DNA from: a bacterium
GTDB lineage: Bacteria > Planctomycetota > Planctomycetia > Pirellulales > Pirellulaceae
NCBI GenBank assembly: GCA_016124445.1
Contig: WGNR01000013.1
Coordinates: forward strand, 35,460 to 99,459
Length of the DNA stretch: 64,000 bases
Direction: 5' to 3'
In this document: positions 18,241 through 28,456 of the stretch, one piece after another
Layout: each line of letters starts with the position of its first letter
Position numbering within the stretch: position 1 is the first letter of the stretch
Position numbers and translations under genes: made by a program
The notes under the pieces: generated by a model
The model's input: the letters and a program-made list of their open reading frames with translations, nothing else
The model's database searches: none
Told to the model about the DNA's origin: nothing

Positions 18241-19908
18241 ATGCACACAGTAAACGAATTCAAAAAGTCAGCGATCGCTCTTTTGATCGCCTTGATCTTC
18301 CTCGCCCCGGCAACCACCTTCGGCCAGGTCCGCATTCCGGACGAAGCCCGCATCGACGACGCGGCGTTTCGCGAAGTGATCGCCAACGGTGAACAGCTCG
18401 AACGTCAAGGACGTTGGGGCGAAGCGCTCACGCATTATGAAGACGCCCTGCGTCTTCATGGCCACGACACCAGCGTGCAGCGTAAGGCAAACCTCGCTCG
18501 GCTGCACTACGATGTCGGCCGTCGCTATACCGATCAAAGCTACGTTCGCTCGGTTCAGCAGATGACCCGGGAAGACGCTCTGAAGCTCTACGACGAAGTC
18601 CTCCGCAAGATCCAATCCAGCTACGTCGATTCGCCCCGCTGGAGCGAAGTCAGCCGGGAAGGGCTCAAGCAGTTGGACGTCGCGTTGAAAGAAGACGCCT
18701 TCAACCGTAAGAACCTAAAGAGCGTCGATCAAAATCGCATCGACCAGATCCGCCAGATGCTCAACGCGAACGTCAAATGGCAGGATGTCACCACGCCCCA
18801 GCAAGCGGTCGAAACGGCCAACTACGCTGCCGAACTGATGTGGCAAAACCTGGGCGTCGCCCCGACCGCCACCATCCTCGAATTCGCTTGCGGCACGGCT
18901 GCTACGCTTGATCCTTACACCAGCTTCCTGACTCAGGATCAATTGACCGAAGTCTATTCGCAAATCGAAGGCAACTTCGTCGGACTGGGCGTGGAACTGA
19001 AAGCAGACTCGGGCAACCTGTTGATCGTCCATGCCATCGACGGCAGCCCGGCTCATCAGGCTGGGATTCGCTCCGGCGATCGCATCGTCGCCGTCGACGG
19101 CCAACGAACCGAAGTCGTTTCGACCGACAAAGCCGCCGACATGCTGAAAGGTCCGATTGGCTCGACCGTCCGCGTGACGATTCTCAGCCCAAACCAACAA
19201 CCTCGCGAAGTGGTCGTCCGCCGCGATCGCGTCGAAGTGCCGAGCGTCGATAATATTCACCTCGTCGACCAGCAATCGAAGATCGGTTACTTGAAGATCA
19301 CCAGCTTCCAGAAGAACACGCCTGCTGACCTGAGCCGGGCCCTGTGGCAGTTGCATCGCGACGGCATGCGAGCCCTGGTGATCGACCTGCGTGGCAACCC
19401 TGGTGGACTGTTGACCGCTTCGGTCGACATGGTCGATCTGTTTGTCGAACAAGGGACGATCGTCTCGACTCGAGGCCGCAATGCTCGCGAAGACTTCGAT
19501 TACACCGCTCACATGCCCGGCACCTGGCGAGTGCCGCTGGTCGTGCTGATCGACTCGAATTCGGCCAGTGCCAGCGAGATCTTCGCCGGTGCCATCCGCG
19601 ACCATCGCCGCGGCACGGTCGTCGGCCAACGCAGCTACGGCAAAGGATCGGTGCAGGGGATCTTCCCGCTGGCAACCGGCGGAACGGGCCTTCGCTTGAC
19701 GACTGCCAAGTTCTTTTCGCCCAGTGGCCGTGCCATCAGCCGCAACGGCGTGCTGCCTGACGTCAATGTCCGCGTCGCCGCCAAGCCGAGCCTGACCGAA
19801 GTAAAGACCACCCAAAATGGCGATCCGGTTATGGATGCCGGAGTGGTCGCTGCTCGACAATTGCTGGGCGTGGCGGGAATCTCGGGACGAACGCAAGACC
19901 AACGCTAG
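18241..19908 (+). CDS. Carboxyl-terminal processing protease (S41A; TPR + PDZ + protease)
   Basis: Signal peptide; LDPYTSF, GLGVE (PDZ), IDLRGNPGG, SASASEI, YGKGSVQ. Confidence 0.93.
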   Translation: MHTVNEFKKSAIALLIALIFLAPATTFGQVRIPDEARIDDAAFREVIANGEQLERQGRWGEALTHYEDALRLHGHDTSVQRKANLARLHYDVGRRYTDQSYVRSVQQMTREDALKLYDEVLRKIQSSYVDSPRWSEVSREGLKQLDVALKEDAFNRKNLKSVDQNRIDQIRQMLNANVKWQDVTTPQQAVETANYAAELMWQNLGVAPTATILEFACGTAATLDPYTSFLTQDQLTEVYSQIEGNFVGLGVELKADSGNLLIVHAIDGSPAHQAGIRSGDRIVAVDGQRTEVVSTDKAADMLKGPIGSTVRVTILSPNQQPREVVVRRDRVEVPSVDNIHLVDQQSKIGYLKITSFQKNTPADLSRALWQLHRDGMRALVIDLRGNPGGLLTASVDMVDLFVEQGTIVSTRGRNAREDFDYTAHMPGTWRVPLVVLIDSNSASASEIFAGAIRDHRRGTVVGQRSYGKGSVQGIFPLATGGTGLRLTTAKFFSPSGRAISRNGVLPDVNVRVAAKPSLTEVKTTQNGDPVMDAGVVAARQLLGVAGISGRTQDQR

Positions 19909-19996
19909 GCCGGTCACTGGTTGGCTGGGCAAGCGGTAATCGCTACGATGAACTGCCTCGGGTAGCCGGAGATTTGCTCCGGCTACTTCTCCGATC

Positions 19997-22642
19997 GTGC
20001 GTCTCGTGGCAAGGCTTCGCATCTTGTTTTTTCCGTGGCTGGGGAAGTTTGTCGTTCGCTTCTCGCTGGCGATCATCGCCTTCTGGACGATGCTGACCCT
20101 CGCCGCCGTGATCCTGCCGCCTCGCTGGAATGATGTGACGCTGGATGGCGACCTGGCCTTTCTGCCTGCCAATATGCCGAGTGTCGAGGCGGAAAAGCTC
20201 TTTCAAAGTGCCTTCCCGCATCGCCAGGCGAAGAGCCAACTGGTGTTCGCCATCTCGCGAGACGATGCACCGTTGGACGAAGACGATCTGCGCTTTGCCG
20301 ACCACCTGGCATCGCCGCTGCAAAATGCCCAGGGAATCAGCTTGTTCCGCACCGAAAGCGAGTCCGAACAGGGCAGGGCAGGGGAGGAGCAAGCGAAACC
20401 ATTCGAGTATGCCATCGATGCCTGGGACGAGTCGGCTTTGCTCGATTCACACAATTGGTACCCTCTCTGGAATCTGGCGTACGTGGCCCAGAAGACCGGC
20501 GATACCGATGCCATGCAGCAGTATCAAGCCCAGGCCATTTCCATCAATCCAGAACTCAAAGGCAAACCGCTCGCGTTGGTGCCAGAGGATTACGAGAAAT
20601 GGAACCAGTTTGATGTCCTCACGCGGCATACACAGATCCGCGGCAACATGCTGACCAGCAAAGATGGTCACGCGGTGCTGGTGGTGGTCGAGTCGCGGAA
20701 CGAATTCATGGCGACCGATAACATCCGCGTTCTGCAGGAAGCCACCCAGTACGTCTACCAGTGGCGTGAAAAGGCCAAAGAGGCAGGCCTCACGCATCTT
20801 CAAATAGGTGTAACCGGCAATGCCGCGATCGGCGGCGAAATGCTGCTGGCCGCCAAGCAAAGCATCGCCAATACCGAGCTCTACACCATCTTGCTGGTCA
20901 TCATCATCCTGTTGGTTATCTACCGCGCGCCAATGATGCTGGCCGTGCCGCTTTTGACCATCGCGGTATCGTTCATCATTTCCTCGTGGGTGGTAGCGAT
21001 GCTGACGCAGGTACACCTGCTGCCGGGGATGGAGTGGTTTGACTTCAAGGTGTTCAAGACGTCGCGGATCTTTATCGTGGTGATCTTGTTCGGGGCAGGG
21101 ACCGACTTCTGTTTGTTTCTGATTGGACGCTACCGCGAAGAACTCGCAGAATGCGGCGAACACGCCCAAGCCGTTTCTCGGGCACTGACAGGCGTTGGCG
21201 AAGCACTCACGGCCAGCGCGATGACGACGGTCGTGGGCCTGGGCATGATGTTCTTCGCCGACTTCGAAAAATACCGCAACAGCGGCCCGGCGATTGGACT
21301 TTGCCTGCTGATCACGCTGTTTACCTGTTTGACCCTTTCCCCGGCAATCATGAAGTTCCTCGGGCCAGTCATATTCTGGCCCTGGGGCGATACCAAGCAG
21401 TTTGCCGAACAGAGCAAGCCGATTGGGGCGACCTGGTGGCATCACATGGCAGTGTTCATTTGCCGTCGACCAGGGCTGACATTGACTGCCGTTGTCGTCC
21501 TGTTGGGAATCATCGGAGCACCAAGCATCTATCGCCGCGTGACCACCGGCAAGTCGGTTGACGTCTCGTACGATCTGTTTGCTGATCTAGGCAACGATCG
21601 GATGGCGAAACAAACGGCGCTGCGGCTTCGCAAACACTTCCCGCTGGGCGAAAGCGGGCCGCTGACGATTTTGCTCGTCAATCCAGATGGCAAGTTCGAC
21701 GACTACGAAGGAAAGCAGATCATCAGCGACGTTGCGACTGCCATCTATACGGCCAACGACGACATCGTGCGGGTCTTCACCAGTCAGCAGCCGCTAGGAG
21801 ACAAACCGAGTAAGTTCTCGGTATCGACGGGCAGGGGGTGGAACAAGCTGATGCTGCTCAATCACCGCCGTACCAAAGAATTCTTTCTCGCACAAAATCC
21901 CAATCAACGGGGCGAGATTGCGCTTGCGCGGGTAATGTTCGACTGCAATCCGTTTTCCAACCAGGCAATTGGCTTGCTGCATGATGTCGAGACAACCTTG
22001 CAGGAGAAGATCAGTACGTTTCCGCCGCCGTGGAACAAAACCAAGATCTACATCAAAGGAACGACGCCTTCGATCCGCGATTTGAAACTGGTGACGACCC
22101 GCGATCAAACCCGGATCGAACGAGGCGTGATCGCCGCCGTTTTCCTGGTGTTGGTGGTCATTTTGCGGCGGCCGATGGTTTGTGCCTATATGATTCTCTC
22201 GGTGCTGTTCAGTTACTACGTAACCCTCGGCGTGACCGAAACGTTCTTCCGCCTGGTATACGCCGATACTTACCATGCACTCGATTGGAAGGTGCCGCTG
22301 TTCTTGTTCGTGATCCTGGCAGCGATCGGCCAAGATTACAACGTTTACCTGGCAACGCGGGTATTCGAGGAACAGAAGCGTCTGGGCAAGACGCCAGGGC
22401 TGATTCGAGGCATCACCACGACCGGCGGTATCATCACGAGCTGCGGAGTGGTCATGGCCGGGACGTTTGCATCCATGTGCATGGGCACGCTCTTGGGTGT
22501 GATCGAAATTGGTTTCGCGCTGACCGTCGGCGTGCTGTTGGATACATTCGTCGTTCGCACGATCATGCTGCCATGCTTTCTGGCCCTGATGAATCGATTC
22601 GTGAAAGATGATGCCGCCCCCACGACATCGACGAGCGTTTGA
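19997..22642 (+). CDS. MMPL/RND family transporter
   Basis: Two repeats with FGAGTDFCLFLIGRYREE and AAIGQDYNVYL; TGGIITSCG; LLDTFVVR. Confidence 0.9.
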   Translation: MRLVARLRILFFPWLGKFVVRFSLAIIAFWTMLTLAAVILPPRWNDVTLDGDLAFLPANMPSVEAEKLFQSAFPHRQAKSQLVFAISRDDAPLDEDDLRFADHLASPLQNAQGISLFRTESESEQGRAGEEQAKPFEYAIDAWDESALLDSHNWYPLWNLAYVAQKTGDTDAMQQYQAQAISINPELKGKPLALVPEDYEKWNQFDVLTRHTQIRGNMLTSKDGHAVLVVVESRNEFMATDNIRVLQEATQYVYQWREKAKEAGLTHLQIGVTGNAAIGGEMLLAAKQSIANTELYTILLVIIILLVIYRAPMMLAVPLLTIAVSFIISSWVVAMLTQVHLLPGMEWFDFKVFKTSRIFIVVILFGAGTDFCLFLIGRYREELAECGEHAQAVSRALTGVGEALTASAMTTVVGLGMMFFADFEKYRNSGPAIGLCLLITLFTCLTLSPAIMKFLGPVIFWPWGDTKQFAEQSKPIGATWWHHMAVFICRRPGLTLTAVVVLLGIIGAPSIYRRVTTGKSVDVSYDLFADLGNDRMAKQTALRLRKHFPLGESGPLTILLVNPDGKFDDYEGKQIISDVATAIYTANDDIVRVFTSQQPLGDKPSKFSVSTGRGWNKLMLLNHRRTKEFFLAQNPNQRGEIALARVMFDCNPFSNQAIGLLHDVETTLQEKISTFPPPWNKTKIYIKGTTPSIRDLKLVTTRDQTRIERGVIAAVFLVLVVILRRPMVCAYMILSVLFSYYVTLGVTETFFRLVYADTYHALDWKVPLFLFVILAAIGQDYNVYLATRVFEEQKRLGKTPGLIRGITTTGGIITSCGVVMAGTFASMCMGTLLGVIEIGFALTVGVLLDTFVVRTIMLPCFLALMNRFVKDDAAPTTSTSV

Positions 22643-22721
22643 GCGTCGCTGATTCGTCCTGGGTTTGAGCGAGGTAAGGGGGCTGGGCAATCCAACGCCT
22701 GAAGAAATTCGTCCGGTCTCA

Positions 22722-22750
22722 TTGAATCGCCCCATTGAAAGCGCCATATT
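22722..22750 (+). promoter_or_regulatory. Putative sigma70 promoter of glnA
   Basis: TTGAAT-17 nt-CATATT. Confidence 0.45.
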
Positions 22751-22862
22751 GTGGATTGCCCTTGGGTGTTTGATCGCTGCTTGTGCACTGACATCCGTTG
22801 ATCGAATCACCCAACATCCCAATCTATGCGCCCACGTCAACACTTAAAAAGGGAGCCCACGT

Positions 22863-24275
22863 ATGACGCCTAAAGAAGTCTTAGCAATGTGCCGCGAGAA
22901 CGACGTGAAGGCCGTGGACTTTCGGTTCATGGACTTTCCCGGCCTCTGGCAACATTTCACCATTCCGGTGAACCACCTCAGCGAAGACACCTTCGAGGAT
23001 GGCCTGGGTTTCGACGGATCGAGCATCCGCGGCTGGCAGGCCATCAACGAGAGCGACATGCTGGTGGTGCCGCAGCCCGATACTGCGTTTATCGATCCTT
23101 TCACCCAGTTGCCGACGCTGGTCCTGATCTGCAACATTCAAGACCCGATCACGCGTGAAGACTACTCGCGCGATCCCCGCAATGTCTGCCGCAAAACAGC
23201 CAACTATTTAAAGAGCACCGGCATCGCCGATACCTGTTTCATTGGCCCGGAAGCGGAGTTCTTCGTCTTCGACGACGTCCGATTCGATCAACGTGCCGAA
23301 CATGGCTTCTACCACATCGACAGTGTGGAAGGGGAGTGGAACCGGGGCAGAGTCGAAAATCCCAACCTCGGTTACAAGCTGCGTCACAAAGAAGGCTATT
23401 TCCCGGTTCCTCCGGCCGACTCGCTGATGGATCTGCGCAACGAAATGATGCAGACCATGATCGAATGCGGTTTGAACGTCGAAGCCCAGCACCACGAGGT
23501 TTCGACCGCCGGTCAGTGCGAAATCGACATGCGGTTCAACGAAATGGTTCGCATGGCCGACGATCTGTTGATCTACAAGTACGTGATCAAGAACGTGGCC
23601 AAGCGGAACAATCGCACGGTAACCTTCATGCCCAAACCGGTCTTCGGCGATAACGGCAGCGGCATGCACACGCACTTTTCGTTCTGGAAAGACAACGAAC
23701 CGTTATTCGCAGGCAACGGTTACGCTGGACTCAGTGAGACTGCTTTGCATGCCATCGGCGGCTTGCTGAAGCACGCTCCGGCGGTGCTGGCATTCACCAA
23801 CCCAACGACCAACAGCTACAAGCGTTTGGTCCCTGGGTACGAAGCTCCGGTGAACCTGGCCTATTCGCAGCGGAATCGATCGGCCTCGTGTCGGATTCCA
23901 ATGTATAGTCCCAGCCCGAAGGCGAAGCGGGTTGAATTCCGTTGTCCCGATCCAACCTGTAATCCGTACCTGGCTTTCGCCGCGATCACGATGGCAGCCA
24001 TCGACGGGATTCAGAACAAGATTGATCCTGGCCAACCGCTGGACAAGGACATCTACGATCTTCCGCCGGAAGAGGCTGCGTCGGTGCCCAAGACGCCAGG
24101 TTCGCTCGACGATGCCCTCGATGCACTCGCCGCCGATCACGAGTTCCTGCTCCGCGGCGACGTGTTCACCAAGGACGTGATTGAAACCTGGATCGAGTAC
24201 AAACGAAAGAACGAAGCCGACGCCATTCGCTTGCGTCCGCATCCTTACGAGTTCTGCTTGTACTACGACATCTAA
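22863..24275 (+). CDS. glnA: Glutamine synthetase type I
   Basis: [40 protein letters not shown], and the adenylylation loop DKDIYDL. Confidence 0.98.
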   Translation: MTPKEVLAMCRENDVKAVDFRFMDFPGLWQHFTIPVNHLSEDTFEDGLGFDGSSIRGWQAINESDMLVVPQPDTAFIDPFTQLPTLVLICNIQDPITREDYSRDPRNVCRKTANYLKSTGIADTCFIGPEAEFFVFDDVRFDQRAEHGFYHIDSVEGEWNRGRVENPNLGYKLRHKEGYFPVPPADSLMDLRNEMMQTMIECGLNVEAQHHEVSTAGQCEIDMRFNEMVRMADDLLIYKYVIKNVAKRNNRTVTFMPKPVFGDNGSGMHTHFSFWKDNEPLFAGNGYAGLSETALHAIGGLLKHAPAVLAFTNPTTNSYKRLVPGYEAPVNLAYSQRNRSASCRIPMYSPSPKAKRVEFRCPDPTCNPYLAFAAITMAAIDGIQNKIDPGQPLDKDIYDLPPEEAASVPKTPGSLDDALDALAADHEFLLRGDVFTKDVIETWIEYKRKNEADAIRLRPHPYEFCLYYDI

Positions 24276-24304
24276 TTTCGCATTCCAGCGGAATCAAGAA
24301 ACTG

Positions 24305-24343
24305 AAACGCCCACGTATCGGCGGCGATACGTGGGCGTTTTTT
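24305..24343 (+). terminator. Rho-independent terminator after glnA
   Basis: Perfect 16-bp stem AAACGCCCACGTATCG/CGATACGTGGGCGTTT with a 4-nt loop and a T run. Confidence 0.9.
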
Positions 24344-24371
24344 TATCTGCAGGGAAGGGCAGGGGAGTAGC

Positions 24372-24800
24372 TTACCATTCGTCCGTATTGCGAATGGCCT
24401 GTTCCAGGATGGTGATCACGGTGTTGGGATCGTAAGGCTTGCGAACGTAAAAGCTGGCCCCACTGCGGCGAATCTGACGGATCGTCGCGTCGTTGCCGTT
24501 GGCGCTCAAAATGATGATCGGGATCTCGCGCGTTTGCAGCGAGTCGGTCAATTGCGAGCAGACATCCAGGCCGCAAACATCAGGCAGATTGACATCCAAC
24601 AGGATGGCGGTCGGCTGCTGTTGGTTGGCAAGACGAACGCATTCGCAACCCAAATGGGTGACGATTGGCTCGAAACCTCGCTGCTGGACGAAATGAGCCA
24701 ACGCGTCGCAGATATCAGGCTCGTCGTCACAAATCAGGACCTGGCCGCGAAGTTCCATTTCGGCGCAAGGATCCATTTCGGGAATCATTTCTGCAATCAT
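24372..24800 (-). CDS. Single-domain response regulator receiver
   Basis: LICDDE, ILLDVNLPD..G, IILSA, YVRKP. Confidence 0.9.
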   Translation of the reverse strand: MIAEMIPEMDPCAEMELRGQVLICDDEPDICDALAHFVQQRGFEPIVTHLGCECVRLANQQQPTAILLDVNLPDVCGLDVCSQLTDSLQTREIPIIILSANGNDATIRQIRRSGASFYVRKPYDPNTVITILEQAIRNTDEW

Positions 24801-25026
24801 TAGACGCCCCTCATTGCCTGTCGTTCTGGTAACTGAAAGCTGCTGGCAGAGCGATCTCCGAACTTCACTTGGAAGCGTATCCGCCGTGATGTTGCCGCCG
24901 CGCAGAAAATCGCTCTATACGAGGATGCCGCATGCCGTGATGTTGTCAAACGGCAACGGTTGCGAAAAGACAACGCCTTATGCCATGGTGCCGGAATAAC
25001 CCGCAAGATCGGGCCAATCCAAGAAG

Positions 25027-25944
25027 TTACCGGCCAGTCCAATCAACGTCGTTAAGCTTGGCCAGGGCTAATTCCAGGGCATGCGTACCCAGGCGGCTAT
25101 GCCCTTGCGCCTTGACCGACAGGTACAACTGCTCGGCCAGGGCCAGTCCCGGCAGGGAAAGATTCATCTTGCGGGCTTCAGCCAGGGCGATGCCCATATC
25201 TTTGACGAAATGCTCGACGAAGAAACCTGGGTCGAAGTTGTTGCCGATGATTCGCGGCCCCAAGTTGGAGAGCGACCAACTCCCAGCCGCCCCCGAAGAG
25301 ACGCTTTGCATCACCGTTTCGAGATTTAATCCGGCTTTATGGGCATACAGCAGCGCCTCGCAAACGCCGATCATGCCGGTGGCGATCAGCGTTTGATTGA
25401 CCATTTTGGTGTGCTGCCCTGCCCCGGGCCCACCCTGGCGAACAATGGTTTTGCCCATCGCTTCCCAGCACGGCTGCAAAGCGGAGACGACTGCTTTATC
25501 GCCGCCGATCATAATCGACAACCGAGCTTCCTTGGCCCCGACGTCACCGCCAGAGACTGGAGCGTCGATGCTGCTAACTTGCTTCGACTGGGCGGCCTCG
25601 GCGATCTCGATGGCCAATGTTGGCTCGCTAGTGGTCATGTCGACGATCACATTGCCGGGCTTGCTGCCAGATAGAACGCCCTCTTCCCCTAAAATGACTT
25701 CGCGGACATCGTGCGGGAAACCTACGATGGTAAACACCACGTCACTCGCCTCGGCGACCTGATTCGGCGAGTCAGCCCACGCGGCTCCTTTGCCAATCAG
25801 GTCTTCCGCCTTACCTTTGGTGCGTGTAAATACGGTTGCCTCGAAGCCTTGGTCGATCAGGTGCCCGCACATACTGCTTCCCATGACGCCGGTACCAATC
25901 CAGCCAATCTTGGTTTTTCCAGGTACGATTTCAGGTGCGGGCAT
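25027..25944 (-). CDS. NAD(P)-dependent beta-hydroxyacid dehydrogenase (3-hydroxyisobutyrate/tartronate semialdehyde reductase family)
   Basis: [34 protein letters not shown]. Confidence 0.92.
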   Translation of the reverse strand: MPAPEIVPGKTKIGWIGTGVMGSSMCGHLIDQGFEATVFTRTKGKAEDLIGKGAAWADSPNQVAEASDVVFTIVGFPHDVREVILGEEGVLSGSKPGNVIVDMTTSEPTLAIEIAEAAQSKQVSSIDAPVSGGDVGAKEARLSIMIGGDKAVVSALQPCWEAMGKTIVRQGGPGAGQHTKMVNQTLIATGMIGVCEALLYAHKAGLNLETVMQSVSSGAAGSWSLSNLGPRIIGNNFDPGFFVEHFVKDMGIALAEARKMNLSLPGLALAEQLYLSVKAQGHSRLGTHALELALAKLNDVDWTGR

Positions 25945-26056
25945 GGCGAGCGGCTTTCAACGGAGAATAAAGATGGTCGCAGACCTGCTGTACGATGACG
26001 ATCATCGGCAAGCGAGCGACGAAGATGGAGAGCGGAGTCAGAAGGGCGAGATCGAT

Positions 26057-26644
26057 CTACTGGCGAGGAAACTTCGGGCGATTCATGATTTCAGCGAAAA
26101 TGAACGCGTTGCGAACCTTCGTCGGATCGCGGAACATTTCGGCGAAGGGGACTCCAGCGGCGGCGACGCCCTTGGTTTCGCTGTCGTAATTGTACTCTTC
26201 CGCTTCGTCGTACTGCGGGCCTGAGTCCTCGAAAGATTCTTGCGGTTCCTCGATGTAAGGGTGATGCTCAGCCATTGAGCTTTCATCGTCTGGAATCGAA
26301 GGATGCGTGCCGACCTTCGACTCCAAATGGTGATCTCGCAGAGTTGTTTGGACCGCTTCGGCCTGTACGTAGCCACCCTCTTCGTGCTCGTCGACCATCA
26401 TGGCAGGAACCGTGTCGGATGGTGCCTGACCGCCCGATTGGCTTTGCCGTAAGAACTCGGCGATCTCACGTTCCAAGTCGGTCTGAGGTTCGCGCTTTTT
26501 TCGGCCCTGTCCTCGGTCGTCCTGCACGGCACTACCTCCCAACATTTTCAATAGGTAAGGGCCAACCATAAAGACCAGCACCAGGCCGATCTTAATCAGC
26601 ACCTCGATGCCGTTGGCTTCCGCAATGAGTTTCCAAAATCCCAC
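26057..26644 (-). CDS. Membrane-anchored hypothetical protein (YqfB-like, downstream of floA)
   Basis: N-terminal TM, acidic linker, C-terminal VRNAFIFAEIMNRP motif; sits directly after floA. Confidence 0.65.
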   Translation of the reverse strand: MGFWKLIAEANGIEVLIKIGLVLVFMVGPYLLKMLGGSAVQDDRGQGRKKREPQTDLEREIAEFLRQSQSGGQAPSDTVPAMMVDEHEEGGYVQAEAVQTTLRDHHLESKVGTHPSIPDDESSMAEHHPYIEEPQESFEDSGPQYDEAEEYNYDSETKGVAAAGVPFAEMFRDPTKVRNAFIFAEIMNRPKFPRQ

Positions 26645-26683
26645 AATCGGATCCCGGTACGTAATTACTTTACTTGTTCTGCA

Positions 26684-27766
26684 CTACTTATTCTGTGCTG
26701 TTTGAGCACCGCTGGAAACAGCGATCGACTTTCGCATGTCGGTATCGGCCTGGACGTTCCGCAGCGAGTAGTAATCCATGATACTCAAACGGCCAGTCCG
26801 GAATGCCTCGGAGATCGCCTTGGGAACCTCGGCTTCGGCATCGACCAGCATAGCGCGGGCATTTTCGATTTCCGCCAGGTTCTCGCGCTCTTCGGCAACG
26901 GCCATAGCACGGCGGCCTTCGGCACGTGCCCGGGCAACCCGGGTATCGGCTTCCGCCTGGTCCGCTTGCAGGCGGGCTCCGATGTTTTCGCCGACGTCTA
27001 TATCGGCGATGTCGATCGAAACGATCTCGAACGCGGTATTGGCATCCAACCGACGCGAGAGCACTGCCTTGGAAATCAGGTCAGGATTTTCCAACACCTG
27101 GGAATGCGTTTCGGCCGAACCGATCGCGCTGACGATGCCTTCGCCGACACGACCAATGATCGTTTCTTCCGTCGCACCACCGATCAGCCGCTGCAGATTG
27201 GCACGGACCGTCACTCGGGCTTTCACCTTCAGTTGGATACCGTTCTTCGCCATCGCATCGAGCGAGGTTCGTTTGGCGTTGCGTGGCGGGCAATCGATCA
27301 CTTTCGGATAAACGCTTGTCTGCACCGCCTCCAACACGTCGCGTCCGGCCAGGTCGATGGCGGTTGCTTCGCGGAAGGTGAGTTGGATCGTCTTGGCCTT
27401 ATTGGCCGCGATCATCGCTTTGATGACCTGGGGCACGTTACCTCCGGCCAGGAAGTGTGCTTCGAGCGCCTTAGAGGTAATGCCGGACGAGTCGCCCAGA
27501 CCGGCCTGAACTGCCATGATTTTGCCCCGCACAATTAGCTTGGCATTCACATGGCGAAACGACATGCCGAGCAGGTCGAAGATCGTGATCCCAGCCCCGG
27601 TCCAGATCGATTGAATCCACAATCGGAAGTAGAACGCAAAGATGCCGATGACGATCAGCATCACCAGCACCAAGGCCAAAAGGCCAAAAATGAGGGCGTT
27701 AGTCCTCCAGTCGGCCAGAAGAAGCGTGTGTTGCAACAAGTTGATCATAGGGTGGTAATCTTCCAC
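26684..27766 (-). CDS. floA: Flotillin-like protein FloA (YqfA)
   Basis: [55 protein letters not shown]. Confidence 0.93.
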   Translation of the reverse strand: MEDYHPMINLLQHTLLLADWRTNALIFGLLALVLVMLIVIGIFAFYFRLWIQSIWTGAGITIFDLLGMSFRHVNAKLIVRGKIMAVQAGLGDSSGITSKALEAHFLAGGNVPQVIKAMIAANKAKTIQLTFREATAIDLAGRDVLEAVQTSVYPKVIDCPPRNAKRTSLDAMAKNGIQLKVKARVTVRANLQRLIGGATEETIIGRVGEGIVSAIGSAETHSQVLENPDLISKAVLSRRLDANTAFEIVSIDIADIDVGENIGARLQADQAEADTRVARARAEGRRAMAVAEERENLAEIENARAMLVDAEAEVPKAISEAFRTGRLSIMDYYSLRNVQADTDMRKSIAVSSGAQTAQNK

Positions 27767-27819
27767 GGTGCCACAAGTTGGGGAATTAGACCCCTGTTAT
27801 GCCATTCTGGGCGCGAAAG

Positions 27820-28398
27820 TCAAGCAAACGGGTCGTCTTCGAAGATTTCGTCATTACGCGAAGTTAACGATTCCGTTTCGCGGTCGTCCTCAACGATTTC
27901 CGGCGTCTCGTCCGATTCATCGATTCGGGTGACAAAAACCCGATTTCCTTCGACTTCGACCACCTCGATCAGCTCGCCCCGATCGACCACCGGACCGACC
28001 GCTACGACATCCCAGCGTTTGCCATCGATCTCGGCGATTCCGCTGGGCAAAAGATCGCTTTTCGCGATTCCCTGCCGACCGACCAGGTGAACCGGCGACT
28101 CCGCTTGACCCGAGGAACCGTCATCGACCTTGGTATCGAGCAGGATCATCTTACCGATCGGCGTGCGAGGCCAGATTTCGACCGCCAGGCTAAGGACAAA
28201 CGGCACCAGAATGACGGTCAAAACCAGCAGCCCGGTTGCCACTCCCAGGTCGCACTTCAAAAACCCATACACCACCGCCGAAACGAGCGCCACGACTCCA
28301 AAGAAGCCCAGCACGCCGGCCGTCGGGAGCAAGACTTCCAGAAAGAGCAGCGCGAACCCGAACAAAAGGATGAGTATTGCGATCAGAATCGGGGACAT
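27820..28398 (-). CDS. Short NfeD family protein
   Basis: TM helices (LEVLLPTAGVLG) plus an OB-fold (LVGRQG.AKSDLLPSG...VEVEGNRVFV). Confidence 0.85.
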   Translation of the reverse strand: MSPILIAILILLFGFALLFLEVLLPTAGVLGFFGVVALVSAVVYGFLKCDLGVATGLLVLTVILVPFVLSLAVEIWPRTPIGKMILLDTKVDDGSSGQAESPVHLVGRQGIAKSDLLPSGIAEIDGKRWDVVAVGPVVDRGELIEVVEVEGNRVFVTRIDESDETPEIVEDDRETESLTSRNDEIFEDDPFA

Positions 28399-28456
28399 GT
28401 CGGGATTGTTACCTATGCACCTGGTGCCATCTCTTCTGCATTAACCATCTTCCGCG

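Noticed and set aside
18715-20172. 485-aa minus-strand ORF, plus similar long antisense ORFs (12832-13761, 30987-31991, 36663-37862, 39096-40064, 44175-45479, 60177-61274)
   Set aside because: They are shadows of well-supported genes on the opposite strand. They have no recognisable motifs and are expected from GC-rich codon bias.
26671-26697. Imperfect tandem duplication of the floA end (CAGAATAAGTAG / CAGAACAAGTAA on the minus strand)
   Set aside because: It is too short to separate from chance or a trivial slippage event.
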